Assembly: GCA_039630545.1 (NCBI GenBank)
Contig: JBCNUU010000003.1
Location: 130,679-194,678, forward strand
Length of the DNA: 64,000 bases
Direction of reading: 5' to 3'
Source: Endomicrobiia bacterium
Lineage (GTDB): Bacteria > Elusimicrobiota > Endomicrobiia > DTEH01
Each line of letters opens with the position of its first letter. Position 1 is the stretch's first letter. Below, piece by piece: positions 30,292 through 40,342 of this stretch. Below the pieces are notes generated by a model. That model had not been told where the DNA came from. It made no database searches and worked only from the letters and a program-made list of their open reading frames with translations. Position numbers and translations under genes: made by a program.

Positions 30292-30960
30292 ATGGCTGAA
30301 GAATTAGAAATAATAGCAGAAAAAAGGGATATTACTACAAAAGGAAAACTAAAAGAATACAGAAATAAAGGATATATTCCAGCAGTTTCTTATGGGGCTA
30401 AACATCAAAATTTGAACTTATGGGTTAAGTATAAAGACATTCTAAACCTTATGAAAAAGGGGTCAATAGAAGGGACAATTTTTAGTTTAAAAGTGGACAA
30501 TAAAAATTATCATGTGATAATTAAAGAAATTCAAAAACATCCTATTACCGACAGACCAATTCATATTGATTTTCAAGTAATTTCACTTAAAGAAAAAATT
30601 GAGGTTAAAGTTCCAATTCATCTTATTGGTGAAGAAGAAGCTTTAAAACATACTGGAGGGGTAATTGATTTTCCGTTGAGGGAAATAAGAATAAGGTGTT
30701 TACCAAAAGACATTCCTAAATATGTGGAAGTTGATATCTCTCATTTGAAAATTGGTCAATCAATTATGGTAAAAGATATACCTCAAGAAAAATTTGTAAT
30801 TTTAGAACCTCCGGATACGATCGTGGTTCATATATTATCTAAGAAAACAGAAGAAATACCAACCACAGAAATTGTAGATACAGCAACAATGAAGGAGCCA
30901 GAAGTGATTTCTAAAGGTAAAAAAGTTGAACAGGAAGCTACAGATGAATCTAAAAAATAG
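30292..30960 (+). CDS. rplY: 50S ribosomal protein L25/Ctc
   Basis: IPAVSYG, KEIQKHP, HIDF, VPIHLIGE; SD AGGAG before ATG at 30292. Confidence 0.93.
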   Translation: MAEELEIIAEKRDITTKGKLKEYRNKGYIPAVSYGAKHQNLNLWVKYKDILNLMKKGSIEGTIFSLKVDNKNYHVIIKEIQKHPITDRPIHIDFQVISLKEKIEVKVPIHLIGEEEALKHTGGVIDFPLREIRIRCLPKDIPKYVEVDISHLKIGQSIMVKDIPQEKFVILEPPDTIVVHILSKKTEEIPTTEIVDTATMKEPEVISKGKKVEQEATDESKK

Positions 30961-30996
30961 ATTTTTATCTTTTATGGTCGGAGGTGATGCATTTTT

Positions 30997-31575
30997 ATGG
31001 GGATAAAATTAATTGTTGGGTTAGGAAATCCTGGAAGAGCCCATATTTATGACAGACACAACATAGGTTTTATGATGATTGACTATATGGCAAATAAATT
31101 TAATTTTAAGATGTTTAATCATAGAGATTTTTCTATAGGAAGAAAAAAAATATTAGGTAGGGATATACACTTTCTTAAACCGTTGACATATATGAATTTA
31201 AGTGGTTTGGCTGTAAAACAATATGTTGAAAAGAAAGAAATTTCTCCGCAGGAAGTATTAGTTATTACTGATGATTTTTCAATAAGTCTCGGGACAATAA
31301 GAGTCCGTCAGAGAGGTTCTTCAGGAGGGCACAATGGTTTGGGCTCAATAATAGATTGGTTAAAAACAGAGTTTATCCCACGCATAAGAATTGGTATAGG
31401 ACCTATACCTGAAGGTGTAAAGCCAGAGGATTTTGTTTTGGATAAATTTTCAAGGAAAGAACTACCTGTAGTGGCAAAAATAAAAGAAGAAGTGGTAAAA
31501 TTGATTAAAAATATTATAAAAAATGGAGTAGAGAATACAACCCTTGAAATTCAAGAAAAGGAGGTGAAAAAATAA
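30997..31575 (+). CDS. pth: Peptidyl-tRNA hydrolase
   Basis: LIVGLGNPG, RHNIGF, KPLTYMNLSG, GGHNGL, RIRIGIG. Confidence 0.96.
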   Translation: MGIKLIVGLGNPGRAHIYDRHNIGFMMIDYMANKFNFKMFNHRDFSIGRKKILGRDIHFLKPLTYMNLSGLAVKQYVEKKEISPQEVLVITDDFSISLGTIRVRQRGSSGGHNGLGSIIDWLKTEFIPRIRIGIGPIPEGVKPEDFVLDKFSRKELPVVAKIKEEVVKLIKNIIKNGVENTTLEIQEKEVKK

Positions 31576-31590
31576 ACCAGGAAATAGAAA

Positions 31591-31664
31591 GGGTGCGTAG
31601 CTCAGTTGGTTAGAGTGCCGCTTTGACATGGCGGAGGTCACAGGTTCAAGTCCTGTCGCACCCA
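31591..31664 (+). tRNA. tRNA-Val (GAC), CCA not encoded
   Basis: Acceptor GGGTGCG/CGCACCC, anticodon arm CCGCT-TTGACAT-GGCGG, T-loop GGTTCAAGTCC. Confidence 0.97.
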
Positions 31665-31679
31665 TATTTTTTTTAATAT

Positions 31680-33404
31680 ATGGATAAAAATATAGAACTT
31701 CAAAAATTAAGACATTCTGCATCTCACATAATGGCTTCTGCCGTAATGGAACTTTTCCCTGATACTAAGCTTGGGATAGGCCCTGCAATAGAGGATGGAT
31801 TTTACTACGATTTTGATCTTCCATGTAAGATAACAGAAGAAGATCTTATCAAAATAGAAAAAAAGATGTTGGAAATAATAGAAAAAGATTATAAATTTAT
31901 TAAAGAAGAAATTCCTAAAGAGAAGGCTGTGGAACTTTTTAAAAAGAGCAACCAGATTTATAAATTAGAACTTTTAAAAGAAATAGAAGAGAATAAAGTT
32001 TCAATTTATACTCATAACAACTTTGTTGATTTATGTAAAGGACCTCATGTAAATTCAACTTCAGAAGTTAAATATTTTAAATTACTTTCTATTTCTGGAG
32101 CTTATTGGAAAGGAAATGAAAAAAATCCTCAACTTACCCGGATATACGGAACAGCTTTTTTTACTAAAGAAGAACTTGATGAATATCTTAATAAATTAGA
32201 AGAAGCAAAAAAAAGAGATCACAGAAAAATTGGAAGAGAACTTGAACTTTTTGAAATTTTTGAGGAAGAGTTTGGAAGCGGGCTAGTATTTTGGCTTCCT
32301 AAAGGAGCTATTGTAAGAAAAATTATTGAAGATTATTTAAGAGAATACCATATTAAAAAAGGGTACGAAATTGTATATACACCACATATTGCAAAAACCT
32401 CGTTATGGGAAATTTCAGGTCATTTGCAGTTTTATTCAGATTATATGTTTTCTCCTATGGATGTTGAGGGACAAAAATATATTATAAAGCCAATGAATTG
32501 TCCTGGCCATGTGTTGATATATAAATCTAAACTTCGTTCATATAAAGAACTTCCAATAAAATTTTTTGAATTAGGAACAGTTTATAGATATGAAAGATCA
32601 GGTGTTTTACATGGTCTTATGCGTGTAAGAGGTTTTACTCAAGACGATGCTCATATTTTTACAACCTTTGAAAATCTCCAAAAAGACATATCAGATCTTC
32701 TTGATACAGTGGTGGACGTTTTAACAAAATTTGGATTTAAAGAATATGAAATAAAACTTTCTACCAGACCTTCCAGATATATAGGAGATCTTCAACACTG
32801 GGAAATGGCTGAAAACTTTTTGAAAGAAGCACTTGAGAAAAAGAATTTAAAATATGAAATAGATCCCGGAGAGGGAGTTTTTTATGGTCCAAAGATTGAT
32901 TTAAAAATAAAAGATGCTATAGGAAGACTATGGCAGTGTTCTACTATTCAGGTAGATTTTAATTTGCCTCAAAGATTTGATGTAAAATACAGAGATAAAG
33001 ATGGCAAAGATAAATATGTAGTTATGATTCACAGAGCACTTTTAGGTTCTTTAGAGAGATTTTTTGCAGTTCTTATAGAACATTACGCAGGAGCTTTGCC
33101 TTTGTGGTTAGCTCCTGTTCAGGTGGTTGTATTACCTATAAGTCAAAAATTTAACGAGTACGGATACACAGTTTATAAAGAACTTGTCCAAAATAATATT
33201 CGTGCTGAAATAGATTCTACTGATGCTACTTTACAATACAAAATTAGGGCTGCTGTTTTTCAAAAAATTCCTTTTTTGGTAATATTAGGTGAAAAAGAAC
33301 AAAAAAGTAATATGATTTCTGTAAGAAAATATTCAGATAAAACAACCAATCAGTACAATATAAATCAATTTATAGAACTCCTTAAATTGGAGGTAACTAA
33401 ATAA
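31680..33404 (+). CDS. thrS: Threonine--tRNA ligase (short form lacking N-terminal TGS domain)
   Basis: RHSASH, DLCKGPH, RDHRKIG, KPMNCPGH, RVRGFTQDDAH, FYGPKID, IHRALLGS. Confidence 0.97.
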   Translation: MDKNIELQKLRHSASHIMASAVMELFPDTKLGIGPAIEDGFYYDFDLPCKITEEDLIKIEKKMLEIIEKDYKFIKEEIPKEKAVELFKKSNQIYKLELLKEIEENKVSIYTHNNFVDLCKGPHVNSTSEVKYFKLLSISGAYWKGNEKNPQLTRIYGTAFFTKEELDEYLNKLEEAKKRDHRKIGRELELFEIFEEEFGSGLVFWLPKGAIVRKIIEDYLREYHIKKGYEIVYTPHIAKTSLWEISGHLQFYSDYMFSPMDVEGQKYIIKPMNCPGHVLIYKSKLRSYKELPIKFFELGTVYRYERSGVLHGLMRVRGFTQDDAHIFTTFENLQKDISDLLDTVVDVLTKFGFKEYEIKLSTRPSRYIGDLQHWEMAENFLKEALEKKNLKYEIDPGEGVFYGPKIDLKIKDAIGRLWQCSTIQVDFNLPQRFDVKYRDKDGKDKYVVMIHRALLGSLERFFAVLIEHYAGALPLWLAPVQVVVLPISQKFNEYGYTVYKELVQNNIRAEIDSTDATLQYKIRAAVFQKIPFLVILGEKEQKSNMISVRKYSDKTTNQYNINQFIELLKLEVTK

Positions 33405-33406
33405 TT

Positions 33407-33925
33407 ATGGATTTTAAAAAATACAGAGTAAACCAATTTATAAAAGCCAAAGAAGTAAGAGTAATAGACGAAAAAGGCACTCAGCTAGGAGTTATGCCCC
33501 TGCAACAAGCACTACAGAAAGCTCAACAAGCAGGGTTAGATCTAGTAGAAATAGCTCCACAAGCTACACCTCCTGTATGTAAGATTATTGATTTTTCAAA
33601 ATTTAAATATCAACAGGAAAAAAAAGAAAAAGAAATTAGGAAATCTCAAAAGTTAAATATAATGAAGGAGATTTATATTAAACCTAACATTACAGATCAT
33701 GACTTGCAGATAAAGCTTAATCATGTAAAAGAATTTTTGCAGCATCGTCATCCAACAAAGATAACAATTACTTGCACAGGAAGATTACTTCAATATTTTG
33801 ATGAAACATCCAACAAATTAGTTGAAAAGATTACATCTGAACTTCAAAGTTTTGGTAAGTTCGTTATTAAAAAAGACAATAATAAAGTAACCATTACTAT
33901 AGAACCAATAAAAAGAGATAGATAG
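33407..33925 (+). CDS. infC: Translation initiation factor IF-3 (true start may be in-frame ATA 33401 or ATT 33404)
   Basis: EVRVID, LDLVEIAP, PPVCKIIDFSKFKY; lies between thrS and rpmI. Confidence 0.95.
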   Translation: MDFKKYRVNQFIKAKEVRVIDEKGTQLGVMPLQQALQKAQQAGLDLVEIAPQATPPVCKIIDFSKFKYQQEKKEKEIRKSQKLNIMKEIYIKPNITDHDLQIKLNHVKEFLQHRHPTKITITCTGRLLQYFDETSNKLVEKITSELQSFGKFVIKKDNNKVTITIEPIKRDR

Positions 33926-33943
33926 AAAGGAGAAAAACAAATA

Positions 33944-34144
33944 ATGAAAAAGTCAAAATCGCACAGTGGTGCCAAAAAAAGATTTAAGTTTACAAAAAAA
34001 GGGAAAATAAAATGCAAAAAAGCAGGTTTAAGACATCTCCTTATAGGAATGAGTTCCAAAAAATCTAGAAAAGCAAAAAAGCTTAAGGTGTTAAAAAAAA
34101 TAAATATGAAAGCTGTAAAACTTAATCTTCCATATGGAAGTTAA
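33944..34144 (+). CDS. rpmI: 50S ribosomal protein L35
   Basis: KSHSGAKKRFKFT, RHLL, LPY; SD AGGAG. Confidence 0.95.
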   Translation: MKKSKSHSGAKKRFKFTKKGKIKCKKAGLRHLLIGMSSKKSRKAKKLKVLKKINMKAVKLNLPYGS

Positions 34145-34168
34145 TAAAAATAGAAAGGATTCTTGAAA

Positions 34169-36814
34169 ATGAACAATAACAAGGTATTTAAACATAGAGA
34201 AGACGAAGATATATATAAAGTTGAAAATCCCAGAATTTATATTGTTGTTCCAAAATTACCATCTAAATTACAACCACTTTTAGAAATTGCCTACAACTTA
34301 TGGTGGGTTTGGAACAGTGAAGCTTTTGAGTTATTTCGCAGAATAGATAGAGATCTATGGGAGGAGGTTAATCACAACCCTATACAACTTTTAGGAAAGG
34401 TTTCTAAAGAAAAGTTGCAAGAATTAGAAAACGACAGCAGTTTTATTGCTCACTTAGAAGAGGTTTATTCTTCTTTACAAAAATATCTTTCAAGACAACC
34501 ATGGTTTTTTAGAGAATTTGATAAAGAACATCATAATTGTAAAATAGCATATTTCTCTATGGAATATGGAATTACAGAAGCTGTGCCTATGTATTGTGGA
34601 GGATTAGGTGTTTTAGCAGGTGATTTGTTTAAATCCTCATCAGATATGGGATTGCCTATGATCGGGATAGGTTTAGCTTATAGATATGGATATTTTAAAC
34701 AACATCTTACAGATGATGGTTGGCAACAAGAAGAGTATGAAGAACTTCATTTTTTCAGATTGCCACTTAGTAGAATGAAAAGGTCTGATGGAAGTCCTTT
34801 GCGGTTATTTATTCCTTTAAGTGTATTGGAGTTTTCTTCTGCTCAACCTACATACAAAGAAGAAAAGATATATTTTGAAGTGTGGGAAGCAAAAATTGGA
34901 AGAAATACTCTTTATTTGTTAAGCACAGATATTCCAGAAAATTCTGCCGAAAATAGAGCTATTACTTACCATTTATATGGTGGTGGTTTAGAAAATAGGA
35001 TAAAACAAGAGATAGTTTTAGGGATAGGTGGAGTAAAATTTCTAAAAGAAATGAATTTAAAACCAACTGTATGGCATATAAATGAAGGACATTGTGCTTT
35101 TATTATTTTAGAAAGAATAAGAGAATTAATAAAAGAAAAAAATTTAAGTTTTAATGAAGCAAGAGAATTTGTGAGAGCTACTTCTATTTTTACTACTCAC
35201 ACTCCTGTTCCTGCAGGAATAGATGTTTTTCCTGTGGATTTAATGAAGAAGTATTTTAGTGGATATTGTGAAGAAATAGGAATTAGTTTAGATGAACTTT
35301 TAAGTTTAGGCAGAGAGGACCCGAATGATAAAAATGCTGGTTTTTCTATGGCAGTATTTGCTATTAAAAATTCTGAGTTTGTAAATGCAGTAAGTAAACT
35401 TCATGGAGTAATTTCGCGTAGCATGTGGAGAAATATTTATCCAGGGTTGCCATTATTTGAGATTCCTATTACACATATTACAAACGGTGTTCATGTTAAT
35501 ACTTGGGTATCAAATGAATTTGCTGGTTTGTTTGATAGATATATAGGGCCTCAATGGCGCGAAGAGCCGGATAACCAGTTAGTATGGGAAAAAATAAAAG
35601 ATATACCCGATGCAGAACTGTGGAGGTCTCATGAGAGAAGAAGAGAACGCCTCATAGCTTTTGTAAGACAACGGCTTAAAAAACAGCTTGAGCACTCAGG
35701 TGCTCCGCGAAGTGAGATAGAACAGGCTGAAGAGGTTTTGGATCCTGAAGTTCTTACGATAGGTTTTGCCAGGAGATTTGCAGAGTACAAAAGAGGTACA
35801 CTCATATTTAGAGATCTGCAAAGGCTAAAAAAAATTCTATTAGACAAAGAAAAACCAGCACAAATTATTATTGCGGGAAAAGCTCATCCTAATGATAATG
35901 TTGGGAAAGAACTTATAAAATATATAATTCAAATTACTCGCGATCCGGAACTCAAAGGTAAAGTTGTATTTGTTGAGGATTATGATATGAATGTAGCTCA
36001 CTATTTAGTTCAGGGCTGTGATGTATGGTTAAATTTACCGAGAAGGCCACTTGAAGCTTCAGGAACAAGCGGTATGAAGGCAGCAGTTAACGGAGTGTTA
36101 AATGTTTCTGTTTTAGATGGTTGGTGGTGTGAAGCTTATGATGGTAATAATGGTTGGTCAATAGGTGGAGGAGAAGAGTATACTGATTATAACTTACAAG
36201 ATGATATAGAAAGTAGAATACTGTATGATGTTTTAGAAAAAGAAGTAATACCTCTATTTTATAATCGTGGAAGTGGAGGTATTCCTAAGGGTTGGGTCAA
36301 AAAAATGAAGCATACAATGATGAGTATATGTCCAAGGTTTAATTCAAATAGATTAATAGAGGAGTATACAAGAAGGTTCTATTTGGTAGCTGACAGTAAT
36401 TATTGGAAGTATATAGAAAACGATTTTCAATTAGTTAAGACATTTACTAAGTGGCTTGAAAAAATAAATTCTTGCTGGGATAATATAAAACTTATAAGTG
36501 TAGAGGATAATATTAGAGAAACTTATAGCTTAGGTGATAAAATAGAAGTTATATCTAAAATTTTTATTGATAAACTTTCTGAAGAAGATGTTGCAGTTGA
36601 ACTATATTGGGGATATGTAGATTCTAAAGGTCGAATTTCTCAACCTAAAATTAAAAAGATGGAAGTTATTGGTAAAGAAGCGCAAGGTCAGCTTGTATAC
36701 AAGGGAGAAATTGAGATAGACAGGGTTGGACATTGTGGATATGTATTAAGAGTAATGCCAAAGTTTAATGGTATTGTTCTATATAGGTCTAAACTTATAA
36801 AATGGTTACACTAA
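34169..36814 (+). CDS. glgP: Alpha-glucan (glycogen) phosphorylase
   Basis: YFSMEYG, GGLGVLAGD, FTTHTPVPAG, ITNGVH, GFARRFAEYKR, EASGTSGMKA (PLP lysine). Confidence 0.96.
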   Translation: MNNNKVFKHREDEDIYKVENPRIYIVVPKLPSKLQPLLEIAYNLWWVWNSEAFELFRRIDRDLWEEVNHNPIQLLGKVSKEKLQELENDSSFIAHLEEVYSSLQKYLSRQPWFFREFDKEHHNCKIAYFSMEYGITEAVPMYCGGLGVLAGDLFKSSSDMGLPMIGIGLAYRYGYFKQHLTDDGWQQEEYEELHFFRLPLSRMKRSDGSPLRLFIPLSVLEFSSAQPTYKEEKIYFEVWEAKIGRNTLYLLSTDIPENSAENRAITYHLYGGGLENRIKQEIVLGIGGVKFLKEMNLKPTVWHINEGHCAFIILERIRELIKEKNLSFNEAREFVRATSIFTTHTPVPAGIDVFPVDLMKKYFSGYCEEIGISLDELLSLGREDPNDKNAGFSMAVFAIKNSEFVNAVSKLHGVISRSMWRNIYPGLPLFEIPITHITNGVHVNTWVSNEFAGLFDRYIGPQWREEPDNQLVWEKIKDIPDAELWRSHERRRERLIAFVRQRLKKQLEHSGAPRSEIEQAEEVLDPEVLTIGFARRFAEYKRGTLIFRDLQRLKKILLDKEKPAQIIIAGKAHPNDNVGKELIKYIIQITRDPELKGKVVFVEDYDMNVAHYLVQGCDVWLNLPRRPLEASGTSGMKAAVNGVLNVSVLDGWWCEAYDGNNGWSIGGGEEYTDYNLQDDIESRILYDVLEKEVIPLFYNRGSGGIPKGWVKKMKHTMMSICPRFNSNRLIEEYTRRFYLVADSNYWKYIENDFQLVKTFTKWLEKINSCWDNIKLISVEDNIRETYSLGDKIEVISKIFIDKLSEEDVAVELYWGYVDSKGRISQPKIKKMEVIGKEAQGQLVYKGEIEIDRVGHCGYVLRVMPKFNGIVLYRSKLIKWLH

Positions 36815-36833
36815 TTTTCGGGGGTAATTAAAT

Positions 36834-37757
36834 ATGAAAGAAGAAAAAGAAATAGAAGTTACATCTGCTATATCTTCAGGTATGTCTTCAGGAAGCTCCT
36901 CTGTTTTAGAAAGAAAACAAGTTCCACCTTTAGAAGTTAGAGAACTTCCAAAAAGTTATGGTGATACAAAAATTGTTCTTTTGCCAAAAGATCCCTGGTG
37001 GTGTTTTGCTTACTGGGAGATTTCAGAAAATACATTTTCTGAATTAAGAAATTTATATGGAGGAAATTTTAAACTTTCTATTAGAGTATATGATGTAACT
37101 AATGTGAATAATTTTGACGGGATAAATGCAAATAAGTTTTTTGATATAGATATAGATAATATAAATGTAAACAACTGGTACATAAATTTACCAGAAGTAA
37201 ATAGAAGCTGGTGTGTTGATTTAGGAATAAAAACACAGGATGGGAAATTTATTACTATAAGCCGTTCCAATATAGTAATAATGCCAAAGTTTGGTGTGTC
37301 GCCTCTAACTGATGAACAATGGGCTATTTTACAACGTGAGTTTGAAAGACTACTTGAGATGTCAGGAATAAGTATGATAGGAAAGGGTTCTTTTGATATT
37401 GCTAAACTTATGAAAGAGCGCTGGGAAGAACTTTTATTTATATCGCAGCTTCCACAATTTATAAGTTCTGGTTTTGTTTCTTCTTTCGCTGCTAGGCAAG
37501 AACAGATAGAGTTAGCTAAAGAGTTTTTCTTAAAAGCAGATACAGAACTTATTGTGTATGGTGAGACAATGCCTGATGCGAAACTTTATATAAATGGAGA
37601 TGAATATAAACTTTCTAAAGATGGAAGGTTTTCGCTAAGAATACATCTTGGAGATGGGACACTACACATTCCAATAAAAGCAGTCTCTTCTGATGGAAGC
37701 ATGCAAAAAGAGATCACATTTTTAATTACCAGAGAAAGTAAAGAAAAGCAATTTTAA
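36834..37757 (+). CDS. DUF4912 domain protein
   Basis: ELPKSYGDTKIVLLPKDP..FAYWE, RVYDVT, WYI, RSN, and C-terminal ADTELIVYGET...DGRFS Ig-like part. Confidence 0.88.
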   Translation: MKEEKEIEVTSAISSGMSSGSSSVLERKQVPPLEVRELPKSYGDTKIVLLPKDPWWCFAYWEISENTFSELRNLYGGNFKLSIRVYDVTNVNNFDGINANKFFDIDIDNINVNNWYINLPEVNRSWCVDLGIKTQDGKFITISRSNIVIMPKFGVSPLTDEQWAILQREFERLLEMSGISMIGKGSFDIAKLMKERWEELLFISQLPQFISSGFVSSFAARQEQIELAKEFFLKADTELIVYGETMPDAKLYINGDEYKLSKDGRFSLRIHLGDGTLHIPIKAVSSDGSMQKEITFLITRESKEKQF

Positions 37758-37800
37758 GATTCTTATCTTTTGTTTTAAAGAAGAAAGGAGTAAAATTCCG

Positions 37801-39390
37801 ATGGTAGAAGGGTATTGGTGTTTGGTGTTACATAATCATTTACCTTTTGTAAAACACCCTGAATATGATGATTTTCTTGAAGAAGATTGGTTTTATGAAG
37901 CAATGACTGAGACATATATTCCTTTGATTTCTGTATTTCAGGGTTTGTTGAATGACAATGTAGATTTTAGAGTTGTGATGTCTATTTCTCCTTCCCTTGC
38001 TAATATGATGACAGACAAACTTCTGCAAGATAGATACTACAGAAAACTTTCAAAGCTTATAGAACTTGCAGAAAAAGAAGTTTGGAGACTTAGACATCAG
38101 GAGCCATTTTATTCTACAGCTAAAATCTATGAAGAAAAATTCAAAATGTGCATGCAGATTTACGAAAGATATAACAGAAATTTAATAAATGCATATAAGG
38201 AGTTATTATTTACAGGAAAAGTAGATATCATTACTTGTAATGCCACTCATGGATTTTTGCCATTGATTATTACAGAGAGGGCAAAAAAAGCACAAATTAG
38301 AATGGGTGTTAAAAGTTATGAAAATACCTTTGGTAAAAAACCAAATGGTATATGGCTTGCAGAGTGTGCTTATTATTATAAAGTTGATGAGATTTTAAAA
38401 GAATGTGATATTAAATATTTTTTTGTGGAAGCTCATGGGCTGTTGTATGGTGAGCCAAGGCCTAAATATGGTATTTTTGCTCCAGTATATACTCCAGCAG
38501 GTGTAGCTGTATTTGCACGAGATTTAGAGACAGCACATCAAGTATGGTCGGCTGATGTTGGATATCCTGGAGATCCAGATTACAGAGAGTTTTATAGAGA
38601 TGTTGGTTACGATTTAGATTATGAATACATAAAGCCTTATCTACACAGCGATGGAGTAAGAAGGAATGTTGGTATAAAGTATTATAGAGTTACAGGTAGA
38701 GTTGGATTAGACAAAAAGGAACCATATGTTCCTCAATGGGCACAAAACAAAGCAGCAATTCATGCTGGAAATTTTATGTTTAATAGAGAACATCAAATAA
38801 GATATTTAAGAAGCATATTTGACAGAGAACCAATTGTTGTGTCTATGTATGATGCTGAACTTTTTGGACATTGGTGGTTTGAGGGGCCTGATTTTTTAAA
38901 TTATCTTTTTAGAAAAATTCATTATGACCAAAATGTATTTAGACCAATTCTGCCTATGGAATATTTGGAAAAATATCCAAAAAATCAGATTATTCAACCA
39001 ACAGCTTCCTCCTGGGGAGATAAAGGTTACTATGAAGTTTGGCTTAATGGTTCTAATGATTGGATATACAGGCACTTGCATAAATGTGAAGAATTAATGT
39101 GTGCTGCAGTAGATGAATATCATCGTATAGCTGCTTATGATGGTATTAAAAAAAGAGTATTAAATCAACTTGCAAGAGAATTGTTTTTAGCACAGTCCTC
39201 TGATTGGGCTTTTATTATGACTACTGGGACTATGGTAGAGTACGCTCATACAAGACAAAAACAACACATAAATAATTTTTTAAAATTATACAATCAGCTA
39301 AAAGAAAATAAAATAGATGAAGGTTTCTTAAACTGGCTTGAATACAAAGATAGTATATTCCCGGATGTTGATTATAGAGTATTTCTATAA
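37801..39390 (+). CDS. GH57 1,4-alpha-glucan branching enzyme (DUF1957)
   Basis: LHNHLPFV, ETYIPL, ATHGFLP, GIWLAECAY, YDAELFGHWWFEGP, AQSSDWAF. Confidence 0.94.
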   Translation: MVEGYWCLVLHNHLPFVKHPEYDDFLEEDWFYEAMTETYIPLISVFQGLLNDNVDFRVVMSISPSLANMMTDKLLQDRYYRKLSKLIELAEKEVWRLRHQEPFYSTAKIYEEKFKMCMQIYERYNRNLINAYKELLFTGKVDIITCNATHGFLPLIITERAKKAQIRMGVKSYENTFGKKPNGIWLAECAYYYKVDEILKECDIKYFFVEAHGLLYGEPRPKYGIFAPVYTPAGVAVFARDLETAHQVWSADVGYPGDPDYREFYRDVGYDLDYEYIKPYLHSDGVRRNVGIKYYRVTGRVGLDKKEPYVPQWAQNKAAIHAGNFMFNREHQIRYLRSIFDREPIVVSMYDAELFGHWWFEGPDFLNYLFRKIHYDQNVFRPILPMEYLEKYPKNQIIQPTASSWGDKGYYEVWLNGSNDWIYRHLHKCEELMCAAVDEYHRIAAYDGIKKRVLNQLARELFLAQSSDWAFIMTTGTMVEYAHTRQKQHINNFLKLYNQLKENKIDEGFLNWLEYKDSIFPDVDYRVFL

Positions 39391-39460
39391 TTTTTTTCTG
39401 TTTTATTGGTTTAATAACACATTTTTTAAAGAAGAAATAAAACAAACATTTTTAATATTA

Positions 39461-39480
39461 AAAAGGGTGTTGCTCTTTTC
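39461..39480 (+). terminator. Possible weak intrinsic terminator after glycogen genes
   Basis: AAAAGGGT-GTT-GCTCTTTT stem with G-U pairs about 70 nt after the GH57 stop. Confidence 0.3.
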
Positions 39481-39575
39481 TATATTGATTTAAAATTCTA
39501 AAAATTTATTTTTATTGATTTTCCAGTTATAATTGTAAATTTTCGATTAATTATAAATTTTTTTGTAAAATTTAG

Positions 39576-39604
39576 TTGACAAAAATTTCTTTAATTTATA
39601 TATA
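39576..39604 (+). promoter_or_regulatory. Probable sigma70-type promoter for hinT-rpsU-dnaG-rpoD
   Basis: TTGACA at 39576-39581, 17-nt spacer, imperfect -10 TATATA. Confidence 0.45.
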
Positions 39605-39715
39605 AAAATTTAGTACACTTTTGGCGATTTAAAACAAACCAAAAGAAGTTGTTTTCCTAAAAGGTTCTCTTCAGATTTAAATATTTTTTTAAATAAGTTG
39701 ATGGAGATTTTATAG

Positions 39716-40060
39716 ATGGAGGGATGTATTTTTTGTAAAATTGTAAAAAAAGAGATTAAAAGTGAGATAGTATATGAAGATGAAAATTTTGTTGTATTTA
39801 AAGACATAAATCCCCAAGCTCCAGTTCATTTACTAGTTGTTCCTAAACTGCACATAGAAAGTATAAGTAGCTTAGAGATAGAAAATAAAGAAAATATAAA
39901 AGATGCACTTTTTATTATAAAAAAAGTTGCTCAAGAGATTGGAATAACTAAAGATGGTTATCGTGTTGTCATTAACACAGGAAAAAATGCTGGACAGGAA
40001 ATAAATCATTTACATTTTCATGTTTTAGCAGGTAGAAAATTTGAGTGGCCTCCTGGTTGA
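39716..40060 (+). CDS. hinT: Histidine triad nucleotide-binding protein
   Basis: CIFCKI, DINPQAPVHLLVVPK, HLHFH triad, WPPG end. Confidence 0.94.
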   Translation: MEGCIFCKIVKKEIKSEIVYEDENFVVFKDINPQAPVHLLVVPKLHIESISSLEIENKENIKDALFIIKKVAQEIGITKDGYRVVINTGKNAGQEINHLHFHVLAGRKFEWPPG

Positions 40061-40101
40061 TTTTAGATAAATTTTAAAAATTGAAAGGAGGTGATATAGT
40101 A

Positions 40102-40311
40102 ATGGTAGAGGTAATAGTAAGAGAAGGTGAAAAGTTGGAAGATGCTTTGAAACGTTTTAAAAAAGAAGTAGAAAAGGAAGGCATCTTAAAGTTAGCAAGG
40201 GAGAAAATGTATTATAAATCTCCAAGTGTAATAAAAAAAGAAAGGATGTCTCTTTTAAAAAGAAAGTTAGAATTAAGAAAAAGAAGAATGGAAATGAAAA
40301 AAGCAAAATAA
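40102..40311 (+). CDS. rpsU: 30S ribosomal protein S21
   Basis: VREGEKLEDALKRFKK, YYKSPS; SD AAGGAGGT before ATG at 40102. Confidence 0.92.
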   Translation: MVEVIVREGEKLEDALKRFKKEVEKEGILKLAREKMYYKSPSVIKKERMSLLKRKLELRKRRMEMKKAK

Positions 40312-40342
40312 TTAAATAATGTTTTTTGATGGAGCAAATCCT

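Noticed and set aside
31462..31722. 86-aa minus-strand ORF containing MGATGLEPVTSAM
   Set aside because: It is the antisense translation of tRNA-Val, a classic spurious ORF.
39391..39715. Replication origin in the longest AT-rich gap
   Set aside because: No DnaA boxes (TTATCCACA-like) seen and no dnaA/dnaN/gidA context; a terminator plus promoter explains the gap.
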